DNA of 64,000 nucleotides, taken from contig CBDCGU010000003.1 in assembly GCA_965216945.1 (NCBI GenBank), positions 899,868 through 963,867 of the forward strand, in the 5' to 3' direction. Below are positions 48,374 to 57,923 of the stretch, piece after piece. A model generated the notes under the pieces. It was not told the DNA's origin. It saw nothing but the letters and a program-made list of their open reading frames with translations, and searched no databases. Within the stretch, counting starts at the first letter, position 1; the number at the start of each line of letters is the position of its first letter. This DNA is from Acidimicrobiia bacterium (GTDB taxonomy: Bacteria; Actinomycetota; Acidimicrobiia; Spongiisociales; UBA5794). The translations under genes were made by a program, and so were the position numbers.

Positions 48374-49941
48374 GGCCTGCTCCTTTCAACGTCCATGACG
48401 AGGCGTAGCGTGCGTCGCTCGCCGTCGGTCATGACCTTCAGCTCGTCCACCATGTGCTCGATGAGATAGACGCCCCAGCCCCTCGGCGCTTGCTCACCGG
48501 CCAGCTTGGCGGCGAGATCCGGACTCGTGGCCGCACCCATCTCACGATGCCCGCCCCGGTCGGTGACCTCGACAATCACGGACCGGGCCGACGCCAGCAC
48601 CCGAATGTCGACCGGCACGTCTGCGCTGAAGCGGTTGCCGTGCTCGATCGCATTCATCACCGCCTCGGAGACCGCAGTCTCCAGCTTCTGTACCTGGGCG
48701 GGCTCCAGGTCGAGATCCTCGACGGCAGAGACGACGCGGCGCACCGCCGCACGCTCGTTGCCCTCTTCGCTGGCGACCGAGAAGTCGGCCAGGATCTTGG
48801 TGCGGGCGTCGATCGACTGGGCGGCTTCTCCGGTGTGCTCGAAGCTGACGAGCGTCACGTCGTCCTCCACGTCGCCGCTGCCGTCGGTGAACTCGGCGAA
48901 CTCGGCGAGGAGATAGTCGATGAGGCCGTCACCCCCGGGATACTTGCCGACGAGCCCCATCAGCCGGGGGAAGCCGAACATTTCGCCGGCCGCGCTCCGG
49001 GCCTCGGCGAGCCCGTCGGAGTGGAATAGGAGGGAGCTGCCGACCGCCACCTCGAAGTCGACCTGGTCGTAGGCAGCTTCTTTCATGAGACCGAGGGGGA
49101 GCCCGGTGGCACGGACCTCCATCACCCCGGACGCCGCCCGCAGGTACGGCAGGTTGTGCCCGGCGTTCGCCATGGTGAGCTTGCCGGATGCCGGGTCGAA
49201 GGTGGCGTACTGGCAGGTGACGAACATGTTGCGGGGGATGTCGGCCACCAGCGACGCATTGACCCGCTCCAGCACGTAGGCGGGCTCGCCGGCCTGCTGC
49301 GCCGCTTCCCGCAACAGGCTGCGGGTCGTCGCCATGACGAGGGCCGCCGGCACGCCCTTGTCGGCGACGTCGCCGATCGCAAACCCGAGGCGGCCGTCTT
49401 CGAGGGGTACGAAGTCGTAGAAGTCGCCGCCCACTTCTCGCGCCGACTGGTAGAACGTGCCGATCTTCCAGCCGTCCACCTCGGGCAGCTGTGCCGGCAG
49501 GAAGTTCTGCTGGATCAGCCGAGCGACGCGTAGCTCCTGGGCGATCCGTTCCCGCTCCCTCACCTCATCTGCCTGCGTCCGCATGAGCTCGGCGAGGCGC
49601 AGCGCGGGGGCGGCGCGGGTGGCGAGGCGTTGCAGCAGCCGCCGATCCTCCGAGTTGTACGGCCGGCCGCTGCGCCGCGGCCCCAGCGACAGGATGCCGA
49701 CGAGCTCGCCTCCGGTGACGATCCCCACCGCCAACTCCACTCCCGCCTCCCGCAGTGAGAGGACGAGCGGGGTTTCGACGTCGAAGGTGTCGACGTCGAC
49801 CGGCGCATCGACGGTCATGAGATAGGCAACGAACGGGTCGGTGGGATCGATCCGGTGGCGCGCCGCTGCCGGCGGCTCGCCGGCCGTCGCCGTCTCGCCG
49901 CCGTCCTGGCGACGACCCGAGCGGGCGCTCCACCACCTCAC
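48370..49941 (-). CDS. fusion protein: partial GAF - PP2C (SpoIIE/RsbU) phosphatase - HATPase_c (RsbW-type Ser kinase)
   Basis: 523 aa from the GTG at 49941 (GTGA overlap with the upstream gene). GAF beta-strand motifs (PLVLSL, GELVGILSLG), PP2C motifs GDFYDF, GDVADKG and FHSDGL, and kinase N box NAIEHGN plus G boxes DRGGH and RGWGVYLI. Confidence 0.85.
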   Translation of the reverse strand: MRWWSARSGRRQDGGETATAGEPPAAARHRIDPTDPFVAYLMTVDAPVDVDTFDVETPLVLSLREAGVELAVGIVTGGELVGILSLGPRRSGRPYNSEDRRLLQRLATRAAPALRLAELMRTQADEVRERERIAQELRVARLIQQNFLPAQLPEVDGWKIGTFYQSAREVGGDFYDFVPLEDGRLGFAIGDVADKGVPAALVMATTRSLLREAAQQAGEPAYVLERVNASLVADIPRNMFVTCQYATFDPASGKLTMANAGHNLPYLRAASGVMEVRATGLPLGLMKEAAYDQVDFEVAVGSSLLFHSDGLAEARSAAGEMFGFPRLMGLVGKYPGGDGLIDYLLAEFAEFTDGSGDVEDDVTLVSFEHTGEAAQSIDARTKILADFSVASEEGNERAAVRRVVSAVEDLDLEPAQVQKLETAVSEAVMNAIEHGNRFSADVPVDIRVLASARSVIVEVTDRGGHREMGAATSPDLAAKLAGEQAPRGWGVYLIEHMVDELKVMTDGERRTLRLVMDVERSRP

Positions 49942-51242
49942 GTCTCGGCCTCCCCTCGTGACACCGGGAGCCAGAGCTCGATCGTGGCCGGCTGGAAGGC
50001 GCCTTCGGCAGCGGCGATGAGGTCGGGGCCGACGCTGTCGATGCGGCTGCGGGTGGCGAGCCGCTCGTCGAAATCGTCGAGCGAACGCTCCAGGTCCCAT
50101 CGTTGCCTGAAGAACACCCGGTCCACGACCCGTTGCAGCCGCTCTCGCAGCGGCAGGAAGAGTGCGGCGGCAGCCCCCGTGGCGAGCACCAGGGCCAGGG
50201 TGTTGTCGCGGATGCCGAACGACTCGCTGGAAATGGCCTGGAACATGGCGACGAGGGCGAAGTACGCGGCGAACAGCACCGACGTCAGCGTGAAGTACAC
50301 GACCGTGCGATTGATCGCCAGGTCCAGGTCCCACAGCCCGCGTTTCACGATCAGGTACACGAGCCCCAGCCCGAAGATGAGGGGCAGGGCAGCAACGAGA
50401 GATTCCACCAAGATTCGCCGCACCAGCTCACCCCCGGCCCGCGCCTGTGATTCCGACAGCGCAGCGAGCTGATCGGAGAACATGAGCACCGGAACGAAGA
50501 TGGCGGCCATCACCGCGGTCAGGCCCAAGACGGCGCGGCGCGTCGGATCGTTGGTGCGCACCAGTTGCACCAACTGCACCAGCCAGCCTGCGGCAACCAC
50601 GACGAGGACCCCAAGCGCCCCGGACTCCCACAAGGCGTCGTCTCCGACGAACACGAAGCCCGTGCCGAGCAGGATGAACCAGCCCGCGATCGCGAGGGCC
50701 AACCATCTGATGTTGCGGCCATCGGGAAGCACGAAGAGCATCCCCACCAGCGAGATGAAGAAGCTGATGCCCATCACGAGGGCGGCGATGCCGACGATGA
50801 GTGTGTCTTCTTCGAAGATCTCACCTGCTGTCACCCCAAGCCCGGAAATGAGGAACCACGACACGAAGACGGCGGCCCAACCGCGCCGGGTCCGCCACAC
50901 GAGCCATCCGACGAAAACCGAGCCGGTAAACAGCACGAGCATGCGGGAGACGACGAGGGCTCCGTGCCACTCGGCGCTGAGCCCGAGATCGGAGAGGGCG
51001 CGGAGCTGCGCGGATGAGAGGTGGTAATGCCCCGGGCCCCCGAACCAGGTGACGGGGCCTACTGTCGTCGCATCTCGCCACATGAGTCCCAGGCTGGCCG
51101 CAAGCAACACCGCGCCGCCCGCAGCCAGCACGAGCCACCACCACCGCGCCAGCCGGAGCGCGAGCCCGTCCGGTCGGGGATCTTGGGACAGCCACCTCAC
51201 GAGCGCCCTCACCGTGCCACCTCCGTCGAGTCCGGGATCCAC
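49938..51242 (-). CDS. polytopic membrane protein with C-terminal cytoplasmic GAF-N-terminal-like segment (sensor candidate)
   Basis: 434 aa, about 10 TM. The 90-aa C-terminal tail ends ...ATIELWLPVSRGEAET. A paralogue of the upstream gene. Confidence 0.7.
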   Translation of the reverse strand: MDPGLDGGGTVRALVRWLSQDPRPDGLALRLARWWWLVLAAGGAVLLAASLGLMWRDATTVGPVTWFGGPGHYHLSSAQLRALSDLGLSAEWHGALVVSRMLVLFTGSVFVGWLVWRTRRGWAAVFVSWFLISGLGVTAGEIFEEDTLIVGIAALVMGISFFISLVGMLFVLPDGRNIRWLALAIAGWFILLGTGFVFVGDDALWESGALGVLVVVAAGWLVQLVQLVRTNDPTRRAVLGLTAVMAAIFVPVLMFSDQLAALSESQARAGGELVRRILVESLVAALPLIFGLGLVYLIVKRGLWDLDLAINRTVVYFTLTSVLFAAYFALVAMFQAISSESFGIRDNTLALVLATGAAAALFLPLRERLQRVVDRVFFRQRWDLERSLDDFDERLATRSRIDSVGPDLIAAAEGAFQPATIELWLPVSRGEAET

Positions 51243-52891
51243 AACGCAACATCGACCGACCCGATGGAGGACTGCACGGCGTGGACCAGACGGTCCTGGA
51301 CCGCCGCGCTTGTCAGCTCATCGCGGACGGACGCGGTGAACGAGGCCAGCACCTCGTCGGCTTGGGCCTTGGTGGGGAACCAGCGATGGTCGATCCAGGA
51401 TTGAAAGCTGCGCCGCAGCGGGCGGTAGGACACCGCGATCACGCTGGTGGCAACGAGGATGGCCAGCGGGCGTCCGGCATCGCCGAACACGACCCCGGAG
51501 ACGGTCGTGGTGGCGATCACGATGGCGACGTACACGACCGCCAGCAGCGGCGTCACCATCGCCACCACGGCCGCCCGGTTCCAGAACAGCTTGATGTCCC
51601 ACCATCCCTGACGCCGCACCAGATGCAGCACCCACAGTCCCAGCAGCACGGGCGTCGCCAGGAACAGAGTGAGGTAGATCTGTTGCCACAGGAAGGCAGC
51701 GACGCTCATCCCGGCCGCGGCGTCATACAGCGCCTGCCCCGGCACGAGCCACAGGACCAGCACGATCATCGAAGCGAGGAGCAGGCGCGCCTCGCGTCGC
51801 TCCTCTGGTGACGCCTCCCGGTAACGGAAGACCTGCGACGCCATTGCGCCTCCCAGAACTCCAAGCGCACCCAGGGCGCCCGTCACCCACACCCAACCCT
51901 CGTCGCCGGACGACAGGAGCCACGCCGCCAGCACCGCGGCCGCCGCAACACCCAACAGCTTGAGATACGTTCCTCGGAAGCGGCCATCGGGGAACGTATA
52001 GAGGAAGCCGCCGAACATGATGAATGTGAGAACGCCCAGCGCATCCCCGACGAGGGCGGCAATATCGCCTATGCCGGCCACACTCTCGAAGCGAACGGTG
52101 CTGCCATCCCCGAACGTGACGAGGGGGGCGACGGCGATGACGAGCGTCACGAAGAGCGCGATCCAATGGCGCGGCCGCTTGGAGTAGATGAACCATGCGA
52201 TGCCCAGCGCCGCCGCCGACACCAGGCCCTGGCGCACGACCACGAGCCACGGATACCAGTCGGGGACCGTCAGAGACCCGGCCGTCAACGCCAGAGCCGT
52301 TGCGGAGTTCAGGCGATAGAACCCGGGCTCACCGATCTCCTGCGGAGAGCCGGTGAAACCGGCGAGCTGGCTCGCTTCGATCCACAGACCGGCCAGGTAG
52401 ACAACGGTGACGGCAGCCGTGAGCCCAAAGACCACGAGCCAGGTCGCCCGTGTCGCACGCAGTCTCCGGCCGGCAAGCAGTCTCGGTTCCGAGCTCGGGG
52501 CGGCACTGCCCCGCAGCCGCCGCCTTGCTGCGATCGTCACCAGCCAACCAACCCCCAGGGCCGCCAGGACCTGCGCCAGCGCAAGGCTCATCATGATCGG
52601 GATCCACAACCAGCTGTCTTCGAGCGGCTCTATGAGCCCGGAGAGCGCAACGACGGCGGAGACGACCGGACCGAACAGCGCCAACAGCACCAGCGCCGCG
52701 ATGATCCAGCGGCGCCGCCGTTGATACCACGGCTCGTAGACGTTCCCGTGCGCCTCGGCGGCCGCTCGGCGGCGGTCGATCACGCCGCCGGCGACGAGCC
52801 AGACGACGATGGGCGTCAGGGCCAGCCCAGCGATCAGAAGGACATTCACCGCGGCCTCGATTCCACGCTCGATGTCATCATCACAGATCAC
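51209..52891 (-). CDS. polytopic membrane protein, paralogue of the downstream gene
   Basis: 560 aa, about 13 TM. Its C-terminal tail ends ...VDVALWIPDSTEVAR, the same position as in its paralogue. Overlaps the next gene by 34 nt. Confidence 0.7.
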   Translation of the reverse strand: MICDDDIERGIEAAVNVLLIAGLALTPIVVWLVAGGVIDRRRAAAEAHGNVYEPWYQRRRRWIIAALVLLALFGPVVSAVVALSGLIEPLEDSWLWIPIMMSLALAQVLAALGVGWLVTIAARRRLRGSAAPSSEPRLLAGRRLRATRATWLVVFGLTAAVTVVYLAGLWIEASQLAGFTGSPQEIGEPGFYRLNSATALALTAGSLTVPDWYPWLVVVRQGLVSAAALGIAWFIYSKRPRHWIALFVTLVIAVAPLVTFGDGSTVRFESVAGIGDIAALVGDALGVLTFIMFGGFLYTFPDGRFRGTYLKLLGVAAAAVLAAWLLSSGDEGWVWVTGALGALGVLGGAMASQVFRYREASPEERREARLLLASMIVLVLWLVPGQALYDAAAGMSVAAFLWQQIYLTLFLATPVLLGLWVLHLVRRQGWWDIKLFWNRAAVVAMVTPLLAVVYVAIVIATTTVSGVVFGDAGRPLAILVATSVIAVSYRPLRRSFQSWIDHRWFPTKAQADEVLASFTASVRDELTSAAVQDRLVHAVQSSIGSVDVALWIPDSTEVAR

Positions 52892-53026
52892 ACCCTGCGG
52901 TGCGTGCGCACCGGAACCGTTACGAATCGCAACCTGATGCCATCCCCGTGTCCCCTCACCGTTACGACACCTACGTTGCGCCCCGGTTCGTTGCGGTGAG
53001 TCATCGATTCGAGTAGAAAGCGGCCC

Positions 53027-55687
53027 GTGCCCACCTCAGTGCAGCTCTTCGGAGCACCCACGATCGTGCGCGACGGCGAGTCGCCGCGGATCGACACCCG
53101 AAAGGCAGTGGCGATCCTCGCCTATCTCGCCGTCGAAGGGCCCGCGGTGCGGCGCGACCGCCTGGCGTCGCTGCTGTGGCCCGAGTCGTCTCAAGACCGG
53201 GCCCGGGCGGTGCTGCGCCGCACGCTGACGTCACTGCGCCGCGCCGTCGGGCGAGATGCCATTGCCGCCACCCGGGAGACGGTCGCCCTCGTCCCGACGG
53301 CCGTCACCGTCGACTGCATCGAGTTCGCCGAGGCTATGGCGGCCGGTGACCTCGCCACCTCGGCAGCCATCTACCGCGGTGAGTTCCTCGCCGGATTCTC
53401 GCTGCGAGACGCCCCGGATTTCGACGACTGGCACCGTCTCGAATCCGATCGCTTCCGCCACGAGGCGGATCGGGCGCTCGAGGGGCTTGCGGCAAACGCG
53501 GCGGAGCGGGGCCATCTGGCCGAGGCGTTCGCAACCGCGCAGCGTCGCATCAAGTTGGATCCGCTCAACGAGGACGCCTACCGGACGGCGATGCTGCTGG
53601 CAGCGAAGCAGGGCAAGGGCTCCGAGGCCGTGGCGCTCTATCGCACGTGCCTGCGGACTCTCGAGGAAGAGCTGGCGGTGGAACCCCTGCCGGCGACGGT
53701 CGCCGTGTACGAGGCGATCCGGAGGGGGGAGGTGCCGGCCGAACCGCAGCCCCGGCCCTCCGAGCCGCCGCTCGACGCCGCGGCACTGGCGGAACCGGCC
53801 CTCGTCGGGCGAGACGGCGAGCTGGCCCGGCTGGATGCTGCACTCATCACTCCGGGGGGGCGCGCCATTGCGGTCGCAGGCGGCCCGGGTACCGGCAAGA
53901 CCAGACTGCTGGAGACCTGGCGGGGCGAACTCGAAGCCAGGGGACGGCGCGTCGTGCTCATCCGGTGCTTCGACGGAGAGCAGGGGCTTCCCTTCGCCCC
54001 GCTCCTCACCCTCGTGCGCCGTCTGGCGAGCGGGGACGACCCGCTCGCCTCCGAGCTGATACAGCTCCTCGCCGGACCCGACACGGATTCGAGCCACCGT
54101 GACGGACCGGGACGCCGGCTCGCCGCGTTCGAGGCGCTCCTGGCGCTGTTCGCCCGCGAAGGGCTGCGCGGCGGCGTACTCATCGTCGACGACGCCCACC
54201 TCGCCGACCCCTCGAGCCGCGAGTTCTTCACATATGTGGCCCGGAGGGTCGATCTGCTCGACTTGGTGGTGGTGCTGAGTACTGCGCCCGGGCTCGCCAT
54301 GGGGCTCCGCGACGTCGCCCACGAGACCCTGTGGCTCGCTCCCCTCTCGGCCGGCGAGATCCGGCGTCTGGCTGATCTCCTCGCCGTCACCGACGAGAAG
54401 ATCGTGGCCGAGACGGTCGAGACGACGGGAGGGATTCCGGCTCTCGTGCTGGCGAGTCTCCAGCGCAGGGCTCCGGATCGGCCGGCGGCGGTCGCCACGC
54501 CCACACTCGATGCCCTCCCGGAGGCGGTGCGCCAGGTCATGGAAGCAGCCGCGACGGTGGATCGACCCGCCGACATCGCACTGCTCCAGCATGTCGCCGG
54601 CCGCAGCCTGGCCGAGATCGCGGGGGCGGTGGAGACCCTGGTGCAGAACCGCCTCGTCCGCTTCACCGCGGGAGGTACGGTCGAGCCGGCAGCCGCTCAC
54701 GTCGTCGCAGAAGTGCTCACCGGGATCAACCCCGCACGCCGCCGCCTGCTCCACGACCGTGCCGCCGAGCGGCTGCAACGAACTCCGGGCAAGGAGGCCG
54801 AGGCGGCGCGCCATCACCACCTCGCCGGGAACGACGCCGAGGCTGCCCGACTGTACGCAAGCGCTGCCGAACGGGCCGCGATGTCATCGGCCAATGCCGA
54901 GGCTGCCCGGCACCTGGGCCGTGCCCTTGCTCTCGGCCATCCGGACCCCGCGAGGCTGCACACTCTCTTGGGAGATGTGGAGAGCTTCGAAGGCAGGTAC
55001 GCAGGGGCGCGGGCGGCATACGAGAAGGCGGCTGCACTCACGGCAGGGAACGAGCTCGCTCAGATCGAGCACAGGTTGGGTCTGCTGGCCCTGCGTCGCG
55101 GTGACCTGGCGGCGGCCGAGAGCCATCTGCGCTCCGGGCTGCTCGAGCTCGACGACGGCCCGGCGGTTCGATCCCGGATCCTGGCGGCGCTCGCCGTGGT
55201 GAGCGAACGGACGGGGAATACCGAGGAAGCCGGTTGCCTCGGGGCTGAGGCGGTGGCGACCGCATCGGAGTCGGGCGACGTCACGACCGAAGCCCAGGCG
55301 CACAACGTTGCCGGCCTGGCCGCCCTGGCGCGCGGAGATCATGCTTCCGCCGCCCGTGAGCTGCGCGATGCGCTGCGTCTCGGTGAGCTGGCGGGCTCGC
55401 CCGATGCGACGGCGGCAGCCCACAACGGGCTCGGCCTGCTCGCCATGGCACGCGACGATCCGGCCACCGCCCTAGGCCACTTCGAGGCGGCGGTGACGAT
55501 TGTCGAACGAATCGCCGATCGGCACCACCTCGCCGTTGCCCTCAGCAACCTCGGGGACGCACAGCAGGCACTGGGAAAACGTGAGGCTGCCCAGGACGCG
55601 ATCCGACGCTCGGCGACGCTGCTCGCCGACATCGGCGGTCACCCCGCAGAAGGTCGAGCGGGCGTATGGAGCCTCACGAGCTGGTAG
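53027..55687 (+). CDS. SARP/AfsR-family transcriptional regulator (OmpR-type wHTH, BTAD, NB-ARC-like ATPase, TPR)
   Basis: 886 aa. N-terminal SARP DNA-binding and BTAD region, P-loop GGPGTGKT, and C-terminal TPR-like Ala-rich repeats. Confidence 0.85.
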   Translation: MPTSVQLFGAPTIVRDGESPRIDTRKAVAILAYLAVEGPAVRRDRLASLLWPESSQDRARAVLRRTLTSLRRAVGRDAIAATRETVALVPTAVTVDCIEFAEAMAAGDLATSAAIYRGEFLAGFSLRDAPDFDDWHRLESDRFRHEADRALEGLAANAAERGHLAEAFATAQRRIKLDPLNEDAYRTAMLLAAKQGKGSEAVALYRTCLRTLEEELAVEPLPATVAVYEAIRRGEVPAEPQPRPSEPPLDAAALAEPALVGRDGELARLDAALITPGGRAIAVAGGPGTGKTRLLETWRGELEARGRRVVLIRCFDGEQGLPFAPLLTLVRRLASGDDPLASELIQLLAGPDTDSSHRDGPGRRLAAFEALLALFAREGLRGGVLIVDDAHLADPSSREFFTYVARRVDLLDLVVVLSTAPGLAMGLRDVAHETLWLAPLSAGEIRRLADLLAVTDEKIVAETVETTGGIPALVLASLQRRAPDRPAAVATPTLDALPEAVRQVMEAAATVDRPADIALLQHVAGRSLAEIAGAVETLVQNRLVRFTAGGTVEPAAAHVVAEVLTGINPARRRLLHDRAAERLQRTPGKEAEAARHHHLAGNDAEAARLYASAAERAAMSSANAEAARHLGRALALGHPDPARLHTLLGDVESFEGRYAGARAAYEKAAALTAGNELAQIEHRLGLLALRRGDLAAAESHLRSGLLELDDGPAVRSRILAALAVVSERTGNTEEAGCLGAEAVATASESGDVTTEAQAHNVAGLAALARGDHASAARELRDALRLGELAGSPDATAAAHNGLGLLAMARDDPATALGHFEAAVTIVERIADRHHLAVALSNLGDAQQALGKREAAQDAIRRSATLLADIGGHPAEGRAGVWSLTSW

Positions 55688-56324
55688 CCGGCTCCGGTAC
55701 GGGGATATCGAGCCGGCGTCCCCAGGCCCTACCGGGCAACCGTTGCTCCAAATAGCGGATGGCGCGCACCGCTCCCCAGGCGTAAGCGGGAAAGAGGCTG
55801 AGGAACAATGGTGCGTTGAGCCACACTCCCAGGCCTTCGTGGAAGATCTCGTCCCGGACCTCGGGACCGAAGAGACCGAAGAAGCCGATGGCCCCCAGCG
55901 CTCCCACGACGAGCACGGCAGAGCGAACCCGGTAGCGACGCATCCGCCCGGCGGCGGCCAGGATCAAGCCGAGATTCGCACCGGCGAACGCACCGAAGAT
56001 GAGAAGGAATGCCGTGCCGTCGATGGTCATCTCGCGCCGTCCCCCGGTGAGCGAGACAATCCGCATCGCCAGCCGGCTGCCGCCACCGAGGATGATCAGA
56101 CCGGCGAGGCCACCACCGATCAGCCCGGAGAGCACAAGCCTCGGTATGCGACGTACGTACACCAGTGCGAAACCCAGCATGAGCAGCAGGGCGACGGCGA
56201 ACACGAACGTCAGGCCTGGGTTGTTCTCCCCCACGATGGGGCCGAGCACCGTGAGCGGCAAGCCGCCAATCAGGAGCGCGCCGATGGCGAGTTTCTCTCG
56301 TTTGGGATCTGTTGGCAATCGCAT
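55674..56324 (-). CDS. hypothetical integral membrane protein
   Basis: About 216 aa from the internal ATG. 6 Gly/Leu-rich TM segments. Confidence 0.5.
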   Translation of the reverse strand: MRLPTDPKREKLAIGALLIGGLPLTVLGPIVGENNPGLTFVFAVALLLMLGFALVYVRRIPRLVLSGLIGGGLAGLIILGGGSRLAMRIVSLTGGRREMTIDGTAFLLIFGAFAGANLGLILAAAGRMRRYRVRSAVLVVGALGAIGFFGLFGPEVRDEIFHEGLGVWLNAPLFLSLFPAYAWGAVRAIRYLEQRLPGRAWGRRLDIPVPEPATSS

Positions 56325-56449
56325 GGCGCCCACTGTTCCCGGCTCCCGTTCCCGAATCGTTACGAGCCCCGTAGCGCCGGCGCGATCGCCGTCACAGGTC
56401 TGACTTCCGGCCCTACACCCAATCGACCCCCACGACGTAACTTCCAGCC

Positions 56450-57850
56450 ATGCGGCGCCTCTCCAGCTTCGATGCCAACTTCCTCTATCTGGAGTCACCA
56501 ACGTCGCACATGCACGTCGGCTCGCTCGCCATCTACGACACGACGACGGCGGATGGCGACTGGGGTGTGGAGAGGGTCCGCCAGGTCTACGCCGATCGCA
56601 TCCACCTGGTGCCGCAATTCCGGAGACGGATCGCCGAGGTGCCGCTGCAGCTCGACCATCCCCGCTGGGTCGACGACCCCGAGTTCGACCTGAACTGGCA
56701 CATCCGACACATCGCCGTGCCCGGTCCCGGCGGGACCGAGCAGCTCGCCGAGTTGTCGGGTGAGCTGATGGCCACCCAGCTCGACCGGCAGCGCCCGCTC
56801 TGGGAGGTCTGGGTCATCGACGGCGTGGCCGGAGGGCGATTCGCCATCCTGTCGAAGGCGCACCACGCCGCCATGGACGGCAATGCTGGCATCCAGATGG
56901 TCTCGGCCATGTTCGACCTCACCCCTGACGTCCACTCGGTGCCCCAACCGACTCGCCGGTGGGAGCCCGAGCCGGTGCCGGGTGATCTCTCGATGCTGAC
57001 GAAGGCGGCTGGTTCCCTGGCGGTGCAGCCGCTGCGGGCGGCTCGGGCGGCACAGCGCGGGCTCCACGCCCTTCTCACGCGCCGCAAGATCGCGGCAGGG
57101 CGCCACGGCACGGTGGCGTCCACGCTGCCTGCGGGCGCTCCCAAGGTCTCGTTCAGCGCCTCCCTGACCCCGGAGCGCTCGTTTGCGTTCCGCACTCTCC
57201 CGCTCGATGCCGTCAGGGCGGTGCGCCGTGCCACCGGTGCCACGATCAACGACGTCGTCCTCGCCGTGGTCGGCGGCGGACTGCGGAACTGGCTGGCGGA
57301 GCGCTCGGAGAAGGTCGACGGCAGCCTGGTCGCGATGGCCCCGATGTCGTTCCGAGGCGACGCCGGTGTTGCCTCCGACGACAACCAGCTCATGAACATG
57401 TTCATCAAGCTGGCCACCGACATGGAGGATCCGCTGGCACGGCTGGCGTTCATCGCCGACCAGACGGCCAGCGCCAAGGCTCAGTTGCAGGACGGCGAAG
57501 GCGATCCGGTGCGAGAGCTCAGCGCGATGGCCCCGGCCACGGTCACGGCGCACCTGTTCCGCTACGCCGCAGCACACCACCTCGCCGACCGAATGACACC
57601 GCTGTTCAACCTCACGATGTCCAACCTGCGCGGCTCCCCCACTCCGCTGTTCCTCGGTGGGGCGCTCATGGTGGCCAACTACCCGCTGGCGCCGATCTAC
57701 GACGGCAACGGCCTCAACGTCACGGTCATGAGCTACCTCGACCAGGTCGACGTCGGCGTTGTCGGATGCCCCCAGCTCACCCCGGACGTGGACCGCATCC
57801 CCATCCACATGGAGCTGGCCCTTGCGGAGCTCGTGGCACTGACATCCTGA
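56450..57850 (+). CDS. wax ester synthase/acyl-CoA:diacylglycerol acyltransferase (WS/DGAT)
   Basis: 466 aa. Active-site HHAAMDG (HHxxxDG) motif. Confidence 0.9.
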   Translation: MRRLSSFDANFLYLESPTSHMHVGSLAIYDTTTADGDWGVERVRQVYADRIHLVPQFRRRIAEVPLQLDHPRWVDDPEFDLNWHIRHIAVPGPGGTEQLAELSGELMATQLDRQRPLWEVWVIDGVAGGRFAILSKAHHAAMDGNAGIQMVSAMFDLTPDVHSVPQPTRRWEPEPVPGDLSMLTKAAGSLAVQPLRAARAAQRGLHALLTRRKIAAGRHGTVASTLPAGAPKVSFSASLTPERSFAFRTLPLDAVRAVRRATGATINDVVLAVVGGGLRNWLAERSEKVDGSLVAMAPMSFRGDAGVASDDNQLMNMFIKLATDMEDPLARLAFIADQTASAKAQLQDGEGDPVRELSAMAPATVTAHLFRYAAAHHLADRMTPLFNLTMSNLRGSPTPLFLGGALMVANYPLAPIYDGNGLNVTVMSYLDQVDVGVVGCPQLTPDVDRIPIHMELALAELVALTS

Positions 57851-57923
57851 GACCAGGCGGGCTCTCGGGAGCATCCAGAAGCCGGACGACGTCGTCGGAG
57901 AGCCGTGCTCGAGAACCGTGTTG

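Noticed and set aside
53231-54820. 529-aa antisense ORF inside the SARP regulator gene
   Set aside because: Off-frame artefact of a high-GC gene.
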